Shown here: positions 36,265-49,399 of the stretch, piece after piece | Position numbering within the stretch: position 1 is the first letter of the stretch | Layout of the letters: the number at the start of each line of letters is the position of its first letter | Origin: Raja brachyura | Lineage: Eukaryota | Direction: 5' to 3' | NCBI GenBank assembly: GCA_963514005.1 | Contig: OY740820.1 | Location: 17,980,001 to 18,044,000 of the forward strand | Length of the DNA stretch: 64,000 bases | Notes under the pieces: generated by a model | What the model was told of the DNA's origin: nothing | Seen by the model: the letters and a program-made list of their open reading frames with translations, nothing else | Database searches by the model: none | Program-made: the position numbers and the translations under genes

Positions 36265-37655
36265 GTAGCACTCCACATTGGACATTAGATATCTCAAAGA
36301 TCTTGATTAACGATTGAAATAACTGCATTCTGTCGAATTGACACCCAGTCTTAAATATTACTTTTAGAAGAATAGCCAGTGCAAATACTCTTGCAAATGG
36401 GGGCATTGGAAAGAAAATACACAAAGGCCATACATCACAACTACATAAATTAGTTTTGAACCCCCAGAAAATGGGCAGATTGAAAAGTACCCTGCACCTT
36501 TCATAATCTTTTGGTAGTGGTATAAATGTAACAGGATAACTAAAGATGACTTAAATTTACATATTAAAGAACAGTTTTTTTTTATACCTTCACACTTTGC
36601 TTACAGGTTCTGAAAATTCTAATGTAGAAGGAAACCATTAGATTCCAATTATCTGTAATATTCCCAGTATCCAGCTATTAGTCTCCAGATTTGCAGTTCC
36701 TGCACATCATTTTCAGCTTATTTTGGAAAGAATGTGATTACAACTTTTCTTAGGCCACCTTCATTTTTCTAATCCTCCTTGTACACTTTCTCAATGTTAA
36801 ACTGCATCCAGTTATTACTCCAATTATAATGTTTTGAGATATATTTTTTAGATCCAGATTATTAGTTTCATTAGAAAGATGCATCTTTATTGTTTCTAGT
36901 TTTACTTGTGTTAAGTTTAAGTACAGAGAAGATTTGGCAGTATTCGGGAGAACTTCTGTTTTTTGTATAAAAAATTTGAAAAACAAATTGGAGATTAAAA
37001 ATTTAAATAATGATTACACATTTCTTCGTACACAGCAGTGTCTGGACTTTAAACAGCTACAGCGAGACATATGTCGATGTTGTACATGTCACGTCACTCA
37101 TTCCTTCTATCCAGAGATGCTGCCTGTCCTGCTGAGTTACTCCAGCATTTTGTGTCTATCTTTGGTTTAAACCAGCATCTGCAGTTCTTTCCTACACATC
37201 AGTAATGTTTTTGGCAGATTTGGTTTATTGGTGATATCTGAGGATACAATACATTTTTGTGATGGTCAGGAGTTGTCATTGCTTGTATTAATATGTTTCC
37301 ATGAGAGATTTATGAAAAGAAATTCTACCATTCAATTCCGTAAGTTTGTCTTGGTGCTTTAGTTCCAGGTGATCCTTTTCCTAACATACTTTATCTTCGC
37401 TTATGACCACATTCTTCAGTTTCTTTCTTTCTTATTTATCCATGAATAGATCCATGAGTGACTGTTTCAGGAAAGCATGTTCCATATTCTAACCCTTTAC
37501 TGAGTAGATAATTCTCAAAATACATAATCATCTTTATTAGTGACAAATGCCACCATGTTGTTGCGTTCCCTCATTTTTTGATTCCCTGCATATTATTGAA
37601 ACAAACCCCTTATGATTTTAAAGAGTTTTAACCAATTTCAGCTTTTTGTTTGTTA

Positions 37656-37805
37656 AGGGCCTGTCCCACTTGGGCGACTCTTTAGGAATTCACCTGGTGA
37701 CAACCTACGACAGCAAAAATTGTCGTCACTGTCGCCAACATTTTTTCAACATGTTGAAAATGTTTTGGTAGTCGCCTAAAAAATCGCATAAGTGGGACAG
37801 GCCCT
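37656..37805. mobile_element. PIF/Harbinger-type MITE (150 bp)
   Basis: Perfect 16-bp TIRs AGGGCCTGTCCCACTT / AAGTGGGACAGGCCCT and TTA target duplication at 37653-37655 and 37806-37808. Confidence 0.88.
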
Positions 37806-38012
37806 TTAATAGATTAAAAAAAACACACAAAATGGTTGTTGTTTCCACCCATTGATAACCTCTCATTTTTGGTATTACCTTTATGAATTTTTATTGTCCC
37901 TTCTCTACCTCGATATTTATATTGCGCATGGAGCTCATAAATGTATGCAGGTATCATGTGCATATCATAGCTTTTTGGCTTTTAGTTCTGTCTTTTATTG
38001 TGCCTCTTGCAG

Positions 38013-38144
38013 ACCCACGTCTCTAGCTTGGGAAGTGAGGAAAATGTCACCAGGACGACACGTTATGCCAAGTCCACCTGCAGACAGGATTTGCACCACG
38101 TCGAATGCTCGAAGAAGTTTAAATTTCGGGGCTCCCAACACCAT
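38013..38144 (+). CDS. SCAPER: SCAPER coding exon (PTSLAWEVRKMSPGRHVMPSPPADRICTTSNARRSLNFGAPNT[M]) containing the RxL cyclin-binding motif RRSLNFG
   Basis: cttgcag|A CCC ... ACC AT|gtaaga. 132 nt, phase 2 to 2. PTSLAWEV and RRSLNFG are conserved. Confidence 0.95.
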
Positions 38145-38474
38145 GTAAGAAATATTTCTACCTTGGCTTTTGTTTCTTGCAGGTTGATAGTGGGAAAACA
38201 TTATGCATCCTTTCCATGAAATGCAAGCCAGTCACACTTCCAGATCCAGTGATTTGAGACCAGTTTGCTGGATCCTTTCCAGAGTTTCATTTGTACTGTA
38301 TGCTACGGTTCTGTCTATGTTACAGGTTACAGGTAAACTAACTGCCCACAGCTGTGTAATGCAATTGTATTACTATGAAATCACAGAATAATTCAAATAT
38401 AATATACCTGTATTACTTTTTAAATTGAATATGTGTCATGGACAAATGTAGTAGTCAACGTGTGTATAATATAA

Positions 38475-38870
38475 TAGAACATAGAACAATACAGAACAAG
38501 AACAGGTCCTTCGACCCACAATGTCTTCGCCGAACATAATGCTAAGACCATCACTTATCTACCTTGTAGATAATTTGTATCCCTCCATTCTATGTATATT
38601 CATATGCCTAGCCAAAAGTCGTTTAAATGCCACTAATATATCTGCTTCAAAGATCAGCCCCCACAGCGTATTCCTGGCACTTGACACCCTCTGTGTTAAA
38701 AATAAAACTTGCCCCGCACTTCTCCTTTTAAACTTTGCTCCTTTCACCTTAAACCTTTCATCCTTTGAATCTGACTGTCTACCCCATCTATGCCTCTCAG
38801 AATGTTATATACTTCTATCCGTTTCCCTACAACTTCCAGCGGTTCTGGAGAAAGCAATCCAATTGCCCAG
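38475..38870 (-). mobile_element. CR1/HER1 3' fragment
   Basis: (ATAGAAC)n tail. The ORF LFLTQRVSSARNTL...VAFKRLLARHMN is CR1-like. Confidence 0.85.
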
Positions 38871-39984
38871 AATCCAGTCTTTGTTGAAGTGAATCCATGT
38901 ATGTACTTAAATGCAGAGCGTACAGTGCCTAATATGTTAGCAGTTTTCTTTGTTGCCATTTTATTAAATTAATCTAAAGTGAGATTACTACATGTAGTTT
39001 TATGCTCCTCTAATGTCACTTATATGCGACTCCTTTTAATTTATTAAACACATTGCCATTGAAGGATGTTCACGACTTATTGTGGTTGAAGACTGCTGAA
39101 GAGTTGGTTCAATACATCGGCTATTTTGTAATGGGATTACCTCAGGAAATGGCTATTGATTATCAAAGTGGGCCGTAAATGTTGACTGGTATTGACATGC
39201 AGATTTACATGAAATTCATACAACAGTTCAACTTTGCAATTAGCATCACAGAACAACTGAGATAAACATAAAGCTATTTTAATTTGTTTGCACCTTGCCT
39301 TACTGGGTTCATTATTAATAAACAGCATTGGAGACTGAAACTGAAATTATGTTGGATATATGACAAAAGTACCCATTTTATCAATTTGGAAGGGACCCGA
39401 CCTGAAACGTCACCTATCAATTTTCTCCAGAGATGCTGCCTGACTGGCTGAGTTACTCCAGCACTTTGTGTCTTTTTTTTAACACGTACCAGCCTTGGTA
39501 CAAGGCAGAGCTAGTGGTGACACATTGGCATATTTCATTAAATATTTTTAATGGCGGGGCATAGATATAGCGAGGAGTTCAGTGTCTGCCAGCTAAAGAT
39601 AAGGACAGCAGGTAATGCTGCTGTTGCTCTCAAATTACTTTGATTCACTCATGATCCTGGGTCTCTCTGTATAAAGTATAAATGTCCCTCCTGTAAATGT
39701 ATGGGTTTTCGTCGGATGCTTTGATCCCAAATCCTCCCTCATCCCAAAGACAGACTGGTAGGTTAATTGGTCAATTAGGAAGAGTCAACCATGGAAGTGA
39801 ACATTTATCATGTTAGTTGTGGTACACCTGTAAATTTTGAGGAGCATTGTAAATTAGACAGATGGTCTTTAGAGCTAAGTTAGGAATCCCAGTCTCAACA
39901 TCCTTTTTATCTCCAGTGAATAATTTGTTATGGTGAATGTTTCTCCTCATGGTTTTCATCCGAGTCTAAACATTTTCTATTCAG

Positions 39985-40130
39985 GGCAGCTCCTCCAGCC
40001 TTGGTAGTAGCACGTCTAGCTTCAACAGGTGTCAGTTGGGCAGACAAAGTAAAAGCTAATGGAGCAAGTTCGACTGCGGCACCAAAGCACAATCAGAAGT
40101 CTTCACAGCGGATTAGATTGCATCCAAATG
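39985..40130 (+). CDS. SCAPER: SCAPER coding exon (AAPPALVVARLASTGVSWADKVKANGASSTAAPKHNQKSSQRIRLHPN)
   Basis: ttttctattcag|G GCA ... AAT G|gtgagt. 146 nt, phase 2 to 1. RLA-TGVSWADKVKA is conserved. Confidence 0.93.
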
Positions 40131-41684
40131 GTGAGTTATATTGTTAACATAACATTTAAAAATCACAAAATGCAAAAATCATCAAAGTTCCTTATGTGTA
40201 TACGCGCTCAGTCACACCATCAGGGATTGGGTAGGTCTGAAGAAGGGTCTCGACCCAAAACGTCACCCATTCCTTCTCTCTGGAGATGCTGCCTGTCCCG
40301 CTGAGTTACTCCAACATATTGTGTCTATATTTTGGGCAGGGAAATGTATTTTCTTTTGGAATGAAGGAAAATTATACAACCAATTATAATATTCTTATTT
40401 TTCTCTTTATTTTGCAATTTAATTGAAGAAGAATTTAACTAATGTCATATGAACGTGTAGGAAGGAACTGCAGATGCTGGTTTAAACCGAAGATAGACAC
40501 TGAGTTACTCAAGCGTTTTATATGAACTTGCTATTTGTTGTTTCCTTACATGTTCTAAATTAACCAAATGTCCAACTATGTAACATAGCACAGTACTATC
40601 AAGAATCAGACACACCTACACACTTACATAAATTAATTCAGATCTCAAAAATATTCTAGGTTGACTAGGATTCTAATTTATTTTACCCACTGCAAATTGT
40701 GAAGTGAGCACAATAACTAAACTTGGTCTTAAAACTACAAACAAAATAAATTGTTACGCTATGCAGGGTATTCATGTCTCTCTAAAAAATGCCACATTTT
40801 ATAAAGAAAAACTTTCCACTGGTTGCTGGATCACTCAGATTTATATGTCGTAAAGGAAAAATGTAAATAATGCATAATTTTGCAATGGATTAATACATTT
40901 AGATTTTTTAGGAAAACTTTGGAAAGTTAGTGTGAGGTTTTTGAATGTAAAGGACCCAGATCTTTATCAACAAAATCTTACTGTTGTAAAAAGTATTGTC
41001 CATGTGGTATCTCCTAAACTAAATAGCCTATATTTAATAATAGCTATTCCAAAAAATACACTTTAAAGCTCCACATTTTAACTAGATGTTTCCTATTTTC
41101 TCACTGGATAAGATTCCACACGAGAAGTGCCCATGGTATAATAACATTTCTCCTTTGTGGATTCGACTGGCGATGCAAATTCATAATCTTTACACAACAT
41201 TGCCACCCTTTCTGCCAGTGCTCCAACACATGTCATGGAAGAGGAATCTGCTGTTGAGGGACTGGGGAATATCACCACTTTAATCAATTATTTCAGTAAA
41301 GGCAAAAATGTCTAGAAATAGCGATGTAAAGATTGCTTTAGAGTCTGCTATGCGCAAACGTAACCAAGTAGGCACTCGGCAGCCTCAGGCGACACTACAG
41401 GGTCTGTCTGGGATTGAATCTCCCTGAAATCTCCTTGGCATCGTTTAACCCCGTGACTCTTGTTTACATCATATATTCAATCATCGTATTGATACAAGAA
41501 GATTATTTACATTCTGACTTCCTTTGCTTAGCTTATAAGGCTTATGTAAATGAAGGTTGTGCTGGGAATGCAAGTTTTATTAAGACATGTCCTGGTGTGT
41601 TTTGAAGAAGTGAAGAAAATTAACATTGTGATGGGAGCATTGCTCATTGCTGTGCAAGAGGGATCCCGAACAACAGGATGTGAT

Positions 41685-42140
41685 AGAAACATAGAAAATG
41701 GCCCTTCAAGCCTGTACCACCATTCAATACCTGCCTTCTCTCCATACCCCCTGATCCCCTTAGCCAGAAGGGCCACATCTAACTCCCTCTTAAATATAGC
41801 CAATGAACTGGCCTCAACTACTTTCTGTGGCAGAGACTTCCAGAGATTCACCACTCTGTGTGAAAAATGTTTTTCTCATCTCGGTCCTACAAGACTTCCC
41901 CGGTATCCTTAAACTGTGACCCCTTGTTCTGGACTTACCCAACATCGGGAACAATCTTCCTGCATCTAGACTGTCCAACCCCTTAAGAAGTTTGTAAGTT
42001 TCCATAAGATCCCCCCTCAATCTTCTAAATTCTAGTGAGTTCATGCCGAGTCTATCCAGTCTTTCTTCATATGAAAGTCCTGACATCCCAGGAATCAGTC
42101 TGGTGAACCTTCTCTGTACTCTGTACTCCCTCTACGGCAA
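41685..42140 (-). mobile_element. Young CR1 LINE 3' fragment, same subfamily as 9846-10502
   Basis: GLSYEERLDRLGMNSLEFRRLRGDLMETYKLLKGLD. Followed by an older + strand CR1 piece at about 42190-42510. Confidence 0.92.
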
Positions 42141-45100
42141 TAGACTTGGAGCAAAATTGGTTGAACAATCCCAGCACTGGAAATAGTGCAGATGACATTC
42201 ACCAGGATGTTATCTGCAATAGAGGGCTTTACTTACAGAGAGAGATTGGATAGGCTGGGATTGTTCTCACTGGAGCGCAGGAGGCTGAGGGACGGTTAGA
42301 TAGTCACAGGGAAGGGAAGATGATGGGTATATGGAACAAGCTGCCACAGGAGCTACAGAAGCTAGTATAATTACAATATTAAAAAAACATTTGTAGGTGT
42401 CTGGATAGGAAACTAATGCAGGCCAAATGCAGGAAAACGAGATTTGTGTAAATAGGTATCTTGGTCAGCATGGATGAGTTGAGCCAAAAGATCTATTTGC
42501 ATGCTGTACATTTTTGAAGCATTGTTGTGGAAAATGTCGCCATCAGTACAGATATGATGGAGCTGGATGAACAGCGGGGATGGAATGTGGTGCTCTGTGG
42601 AAGCAGGATGGGAGGCGGTGCAGTCAAAATAGCTGTGGATTGATAGGATTGTAAGGTATGCTATCGATAGGGTTGTAACCTATGTCTTCCTTTGCCTCTT
42701 TATAACCTCCTGCGTACTAACCTAAGATAGGTTAAATAAACCTTATATACATTACTCAACCCGGGTCGAGTCTGAAAAAGGGTCTTGACCCAAAACGTCA
42801 CCCATTCCTTCTCTCCAGAGATGCTGCCTGTCCTGCTGAGTTACTCCAGCATTTTGTGAATATGCAGTTCCTTCCTACACATAGAGTACTAAACCTAATC
42901 TGTTCATCATTATCTGAGTTATTCCAGCATTTTGTGACTTACCAATGCATTACCAATGCTTTTATCTCTTCTTCATTGTCCAGGGACCCATTCTTTCTTT
43001 CCAGCTGAAGCAACCAGAAAAAAATGGTGTCAAAAATAAATGTTGCACCTTTTCCATTTTAGTATATTTTTATTTGATGCTCATGATGTGCTCTCCTCTA
43101 CTTTGAAGAAGAACACTCCCACTTAGTTTCCAATCATTGATCTTGTCTTCCAGTTGACTGTCACTTTAATTTTCTACCCTGCTTCCTTACTGATCTCAGT
43201 TTGTTAGTCACTTAGCCTGACATATGCTTGAGGAAGAATATCTCATCTTCTGAACTGGCGCATTATTGCCTTTGGAACCAAATACTGAATGCCAAAAACT
43301 AGCAGAAGATAATACTTTTACTTTCCATTAACCAGCCTCCCTAGTTTGTATCGGAACTGGCCAGTTCAGATGAACGGTCATCAACCTGAAATATTCATAT
43401 TGTTTCTCTCTTCACATATGCTGCCCGAGTACTGGTCATTCCCTGAATCATCCATTTCTTGATTTCAGGTTTCTAGTATCTGTGGCATTTTGCTTCTGCT
43501 CATTTTATCAAATTATTCCAGCACTTTTTTTTAACACTTTTTTATGTCAGTTATTTGCTTCATCTGCAAACATCATTGCGATTAACAAGCTATGATCATC
43601 CCCTGCCAACACCATTCAGTCACTCATAGTCTCCAGACATTCCCTTTGTACTGTGCAACGTAAAACATGCCAACTGTAAACTGTAAACACAAGAAACTGC
43701 AGATGCTGGTTTGCCAAAAAAGACGCAAAGTGATGGAGTAACTCAGTAGGTCAGGTAGCATCTCTGGAGAAAATGGATGGACAATGTTTTGGGTGAGGTC
43801 CTATTTAACTCTCAGTTCTCCGAAAGGTCATTGATTTGAAACATTTAACTCTTTCTTTCTCTGCTGCCTGACCTAAAGAGTATTTCCAGTATTTTGTTGA
43901 TGCGTCGCTATTCATAGACGTACAGCTGATTATGATAGGTTTTTCAGTGTCAATTTGATTGGGAATACCTTGACATGAAGCATTGATGTTTTGGCACCTA
44001 AGACTTCTTTCTGGCTCCGCAGGAAGTTGTGTAAATATTTCCCCGTGCAATTGCTTATTTTATACCAAGTTGCATATTAAGATGTATGCCATAAACAACG
44101 TTTCCATCCACCTTTCACCCTGCCGTATTCCAAAACATCCCAGCTAGTGCGTGTCTGGTTACCTGATGTTTAATTGATCATATCCAGTCTAGGAGACCGC
44201 TTTTTTTCCTTGCCTTGCAGAAAATAAACACATTTGTTCCATTTCTGGACATAACTATCTGTATTTTTAGCTCTTTATATCTTTACCTCAAAACTCTAAC
44301 TCCTGCGTGTACAATTATTTGAGTTGATTCACCCACTATTATCATGTGTTGGTGGATGCAGATCTTCCAATTTGCAGAATTTGTCATTAAAAAGCCATAG
44401 TGTTGATATTGTAAAGATGTTTAATGCAGAAATGAGCTTCCTTCACAGATTGGGCTGGTCTCCATCTGTTTCTAGATCTTAGTGAAATCTGACATGTTCA
44501 CAAACATCTGCTGGATACAACAATGGTTATGCACAGTTTCTCTATGACTACACTATAAGTATAAGACGAAGCTGGGAACGTTATATGCTTACCATTGCAG
44601 AGGGGCTGATATTTGATAGCAGTGATCGGGTTTGTGGAAGATGGTGAAAACTGATACTCTTTTGTTTAGCATCATTGATAGATGATGCAGCCACAGTAAC
44701 AGCACAATCTCTCTCGTAGGTAACGTCCGTATGATGTATGTCATTTTGTATATTGACCAGTTAACTTATTTATTTTTGACACTTTTTTTCTGATCTCTAT
44801 CAGAGGTTGATAATCAATCCTGTCTTTCTGGTACCGACAGGATTGATTGAACAATCCTTGACCATTTAGGGTTTGAGTTATGAGGTCTTGGTGCCAATGA
44901 TCTTTGGTCTGTTTGATTGAGCACACTGTGTGCATTTGAGTAAAGCTTTTCTTTTTTTTTCTTTGATCAGAGGGACAATTGCAGCCAAACCGATGCTGTC
45001 CACCCATACACCCATTCACAGAGCAAGTCAGATTTATGTTTAGATAATAGTCTCCATTTTGCTTTTCAATAATAATCATATTAATTTTTCGTGAACATTG

Positions 45101-45553
45101 AAGTGTTGGTAGTGATTTTTTTTAAATTAATGATGAATTGCAGTTGCCAGTGGACTCATACGGAAAAAAATTACATTGGCTCCGACAGAATATTTAAACC
45201 AAATATGTCAATTTTTGTACTTTATTATTATATTTTTTCCTTTAGATCATAAGCCTTGTGGCTGGATGTATAGTTGTGGGAAATGTCTTTATGAATAATT
45301 ATCTAGGATTTATGTTGAAAATCATTGTATTATTTTGGACAATTGGAACATAATATATAGGACTAAATAAAGCCCAGATATTTATTCATGAAGATTATTA
45401 TTAATTGTACACATGAGACTTGGGACCCTGCAATATTCATGGTTGGAAACTCGATCCTTGCCCTTCTTCGATGCCATCTGTTTTTACGATCGTGGAGCTA
45501 TAGATTAACACATTTCTTATGTAGACGTACTCTCTCTGTTCAATTTCTTACAG

Positions 45554-45819
45554 ACAGGAAAGATACTGAAGGATGGGAGACGGTTCATCGTGGAAGAACG
45601 ACCCGGTCGCGTTCTGCCGCAATGGCTGTGAACGTCACCAAGACATCGGGGACGATGTATCTCAGTCTTAAGGATGACAGTGATAAGGAAAATGGACTCT
45701 CAGTTACACAGAATGGAGAACTAGAATTTGAACAAACAAGTCCCAGTTCTGATAGTGTTACTGATACACCAGAAAAGTTAAAGAACCAGAATGAAGATAC
45801 CTCTATTGGCAGCTTTAAG
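45554..45819 (+). CDS. SCAPER: SCAPER coding exon ([D]RKDTEGWETVHRGRTTRSRS...KDDSDKENG...GSFK)
   Basis: ttcttacag|AC AGG ... AAG|gtatgc. 266 nt, phase 1 to 0. RKDxEGWETVxRGR and KDDSDKEN are conserved. Confidence 0.93.
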
Positions 45820-46997
45820 GTATGCTTATATAACAGTAAACCAATCTTTAACAGTACTGTACATTGACAGTGAGTTTTAACTTTCAAATTTGGAGACAGT
45901 GATTTTTTTAACTTTCTGTGATGATATGAAATTTAAAGCAATATATTAATATTGGACCCCTGTTTTAATTGTTGTGTGAAAACTTCCCAGAAAGAGTCAG
46001 CAGACAAGGTAAGAAAATGTGTAGTAAATTTGGTGACATATCCTTTACAGTATATGGTCAGCATTAATAAGCCTTCAAAGTGAAGATGTAATGTAGTTAA
46101 ACATTGAGTGCTTATAGAGTTCTAATTTCTTGCTAGTATGAGTTTTTCAAATTTTTCATGTCTTGGCACTTCAACGGAGAGTAAACTGGCCTCTCTTCTA
46201 AGGACACTTGCCTGTCTTTTGTCCCATGCCCTTGTAGGTCAAGGTCGTAAAGTCTGGAAGCTTTTCAAGTTCAGTGCAAGTAAGGTTCATATACACAAGG
46301 TGTTTGATGTCTGATTTGTGTTCTTGTTTGATTTTCGGTCTGGAAGTATACTCTGTATGGAAGTGACCATTTCCGTATGATCTGGCTCACTAAAACTAAT
46401 TTCCCAGATTGATGATCGCATTTTGGGCTATTCATTTTTTGTTGAGTTGTTTTAATTGGTTTTAATGAATCATTGTCATGGCTATCAGCTGGTTTGTGAA
46501 CTAATTTTTATTTCTGATTCATGTAAATTACATGGAATCACACTCTTATTGCTTCATCCCTAAAATACACATTTTTTTAGTACTATATTAATACTCACCA
46601 ATATTTAATTCACTATTAAAATATTAAATAGTGAATAAACTATTGATGTGTGGCCATTAATTTGGGTGGAGCAAATAAGAGAGAATATGCAGTCAATGAT
46701 ATGAACTTGAAAACTGACAAACCAAGAGCATGATAGGTCAGAATTAGAATACTGGTTCTGGAATCCATTGTACAGCTCATGTGGATTCCATCCATCCAGG
46801 GGCGTCATCTTCACCACGAGACGGAACTGCATTAACCATTACTGTATATATAGCCATTTTTCACCACAGTGTGGCCTTTGAATTTATTGGTTAGCAAGGA
46901 TTTTGGAGATTTTGTCTAATATAGTTCCACAGAAATGCATCTCAAATTTACAATCTTTTTATGGTAGCATGCAACTGTTATCTCAAAAACATGTCAA

Positions 46998-47097
46998 CAG
47001 TCTGAAGAAGGGGTTCAGCCCGAAACGTTGCCTATTTCCTTCGCTCCATAGCTGCTGCCGCACCCACTGCGTTTCTCCAGCACTTTTGCCTACTTTC
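46998..47097 (+). mobile_element. PLE 3'-end piece with intact hammerhead-like core on the sense strand
   Basis: ctgaaga-aggggttcagccc-gaaa-cgtt-gcc starting at 47002. Confidence 0.82.
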
Positions 47098-48753
47098 AAC
47101 AGCAGACAAGGTTAGCCAAGCCTTGAATAATTGAGCTGCAAAATATAGAGTATGCTTGAGTTGCATTATGCTCAGAGGCCAAACTACAAGCTAATGTTGA
47201 CTCATTCACAAGCATGCTCAATGTGTGGAAGACGAAGATTCTCACCCAACCTGTCCTTGCTGTGTAACACAGTCATCTAACAATGAAGGTTCATGACAAG
47301 ATCCCTGATGGCACTCATTGCTTCAATGGACTTTCATCAGTAGAAGAAAAAGGTGTCAGAAATTCAAGACCTCATTCTAAGCACAAGGCTATTTAGCAAG
47401 CTGCAGTGCTTCTTGGCCTTCCATTAGTTTCTGGGACCTCAATGCCCAGAAATGATACCACCAACAAATTCCGGAAATACTGCTAGAAATGCTTATTCCA
47501 TGATTATTTGAAGTGCAACTATCATTTTCCATGCTTAGTCCTGTCCCCATCTCCTTTCTAGCATGATGTAGGAAGGAACTGTAAATGCTGGTTTAAACCG
47601 AAGATAGACACAAAAAGCTGGAGTAATTCAGCGGGATAGGCAGCTTCTCTGGAGAGAAGGAATGGGTGACGTTTTGGTTGAGACCCTTCTTCAGAAACGT
47701 CCACGTCGCGGGGCTGGAAACTGGAAGTATCCCAAGCTAATTCTGCTTCCACCATCATCTATTGTAACAAGTGGTGGCTCCCATTGATTGTACCCGGAAG
47801 CCTGCGTCCTTTTCAGGACGGACGATGACAGCAACGTCAACATTTGTAACAGGATGGACTCGAAAGAAGAAGTCCTTTCTAGCTTTCTCTGACCCACTAC
47901 AGTCAGTCTGAAGAAAGGTCCTGACCTAAAATGCCACCTATCCATGCCCGCCATAGATGCTGTCTGGCCCACTGAGTTTCTCAACACTTTGTATTCCATT
48001 CCAGGTTCCAGACCTGCAGTTCCTTGTTTCTCCTTTACTTGAATCTTAAAGGCTTGCGGTGAAGTGGGATAGGTCTGCAATGCCTTGTTATATTGCCAAG
48101 GGCACAATAGCTTCTTTTTGATCTGCAGATTAATGATTCTGTGATTAACCTTCTAATTCGGTAAAACTAAAATAGCAGAGTTTATTGCACCTGCTCTCCT
48201 GTAATTATCATTACATCATCCAATTAAATGATTATGGTTGGAAAGTGAATATACAATTTTCTTTAAAGGCACATCATTAAAATGTGAATATTTATTTGTT
48301 GAAAGTACTCTATTCTCACTTACTCCTTCCACTTCAGAGCTAAATTGCCTGTATTCAGATTTTAGGTTTTGCACTGAAAGATTTTAAGGTGAGAGGAATT
48401 TTCATTGTCCCACAAGTTAATAAAAAAAAAATTTTCATCTTGTTTGTACAAGTTGATCCCCAAAGACATTGTGCACACATTGTACAGGCAAAGCCTGGAC
48501 TGATTTACAATGTGTCATCTGCACATTGCTTCCAACTGTGATGACATAATACCTTCTGGTAGGGCAATCAGATCTGTGTTGCAAATAAAGAATGAAAGTG
48601 AATTATAAATGTTGCCAATTATAATAATAAAGATGTCTTGGAGCAAAATGTTGGAAAATCTGGATGACCGTTGAATGAGTAAGCAATTGCAAAGATTGAA
48701 GAATCTAGGCAAATATGCTCCGAGCTCTTGCCTTCTGTTGAAGTGTCAAGTTA

Positions 48754-49065
48754 TTTAGTTTAGAGACACAGTGTGAAAACAGGCCATTCGGCCCACCGCG
48801 TCTGCACCGACCAGTGATCCCCGCACATTAACATTACCCAACACACACTAGGGACAATTTACATGTATGCCAAGCCAATTAATCTGCCAACGTGTACGTC
48901 TTTGGAGTGTGGGAAGAAACCGAAGATCTCGGAGAAAACCCACGCAGTCACGGGGAGAACGAACAAATTCCGTACAGACAGCACCTGTAGTCGGGCACGG
49001 ACCCGGGTCTCTGGAGCTGCAAGCGCTGTAAGACAGCAACTCTACCGCTGCGCCACTGTGCGCCC
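48754..49065 (-). mobile_element. Full-length HE1-type V-SINE
   Basis: The reverse complement starts gggcgcacagtggcgcagcggtagagttgctg and ends in a (CTAAA)n tail. Confidence 0.9.
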
Positions 49066-49371
49066 TAAGTTTCTTTCATTCTGTCATGTAATTAAACAAG
49101 GGAGCAGCACAAAATGTACAGCTTTGAATGTGGTGGAATATCAAGAAGGAGCCTGAGGAAAAGAAAGGCAACATGCTTTGGGTTAGACATCCGGCATTGA
49201 GACTAAAAGTAGACAGAAACAAAATGCTCCTTCAGGAGGACAGAGACGCAGCATGGGGACATGACTTGGGCACAGTGGAATGCACCAGAATATAGATTTT
49301 TCCGAAGGTAGACACAATGTGCTGGAGTAACTCAGCGGGACAGGCATCATCTCTGGAGAGAGGGAATGGGT

Positions 49372-49399
49372 GACGTTTCGGGTCGAGACCCTTCTTCAG
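49372..49399 (-). ncRNA. Minimal type-I hammerhead-ribozyme-like motif in a PLE 3'-end piece (about 49302-49400)
   Basis: The minus strand reads CUGAAGA-A-GGGU(CUCG)ACCC-GAAA-CG-UC. All core nucleotides and a 4-bp stem II are present. Stem I is weak in this copy and activity is untested. Confidence 0.7.

Noticed and set aside
45388-45867. 159-aa ORF as a standalone gene
   Set aside because: Only 45554-45819 is exonic SCAPER. The flanks are intronic read-through.
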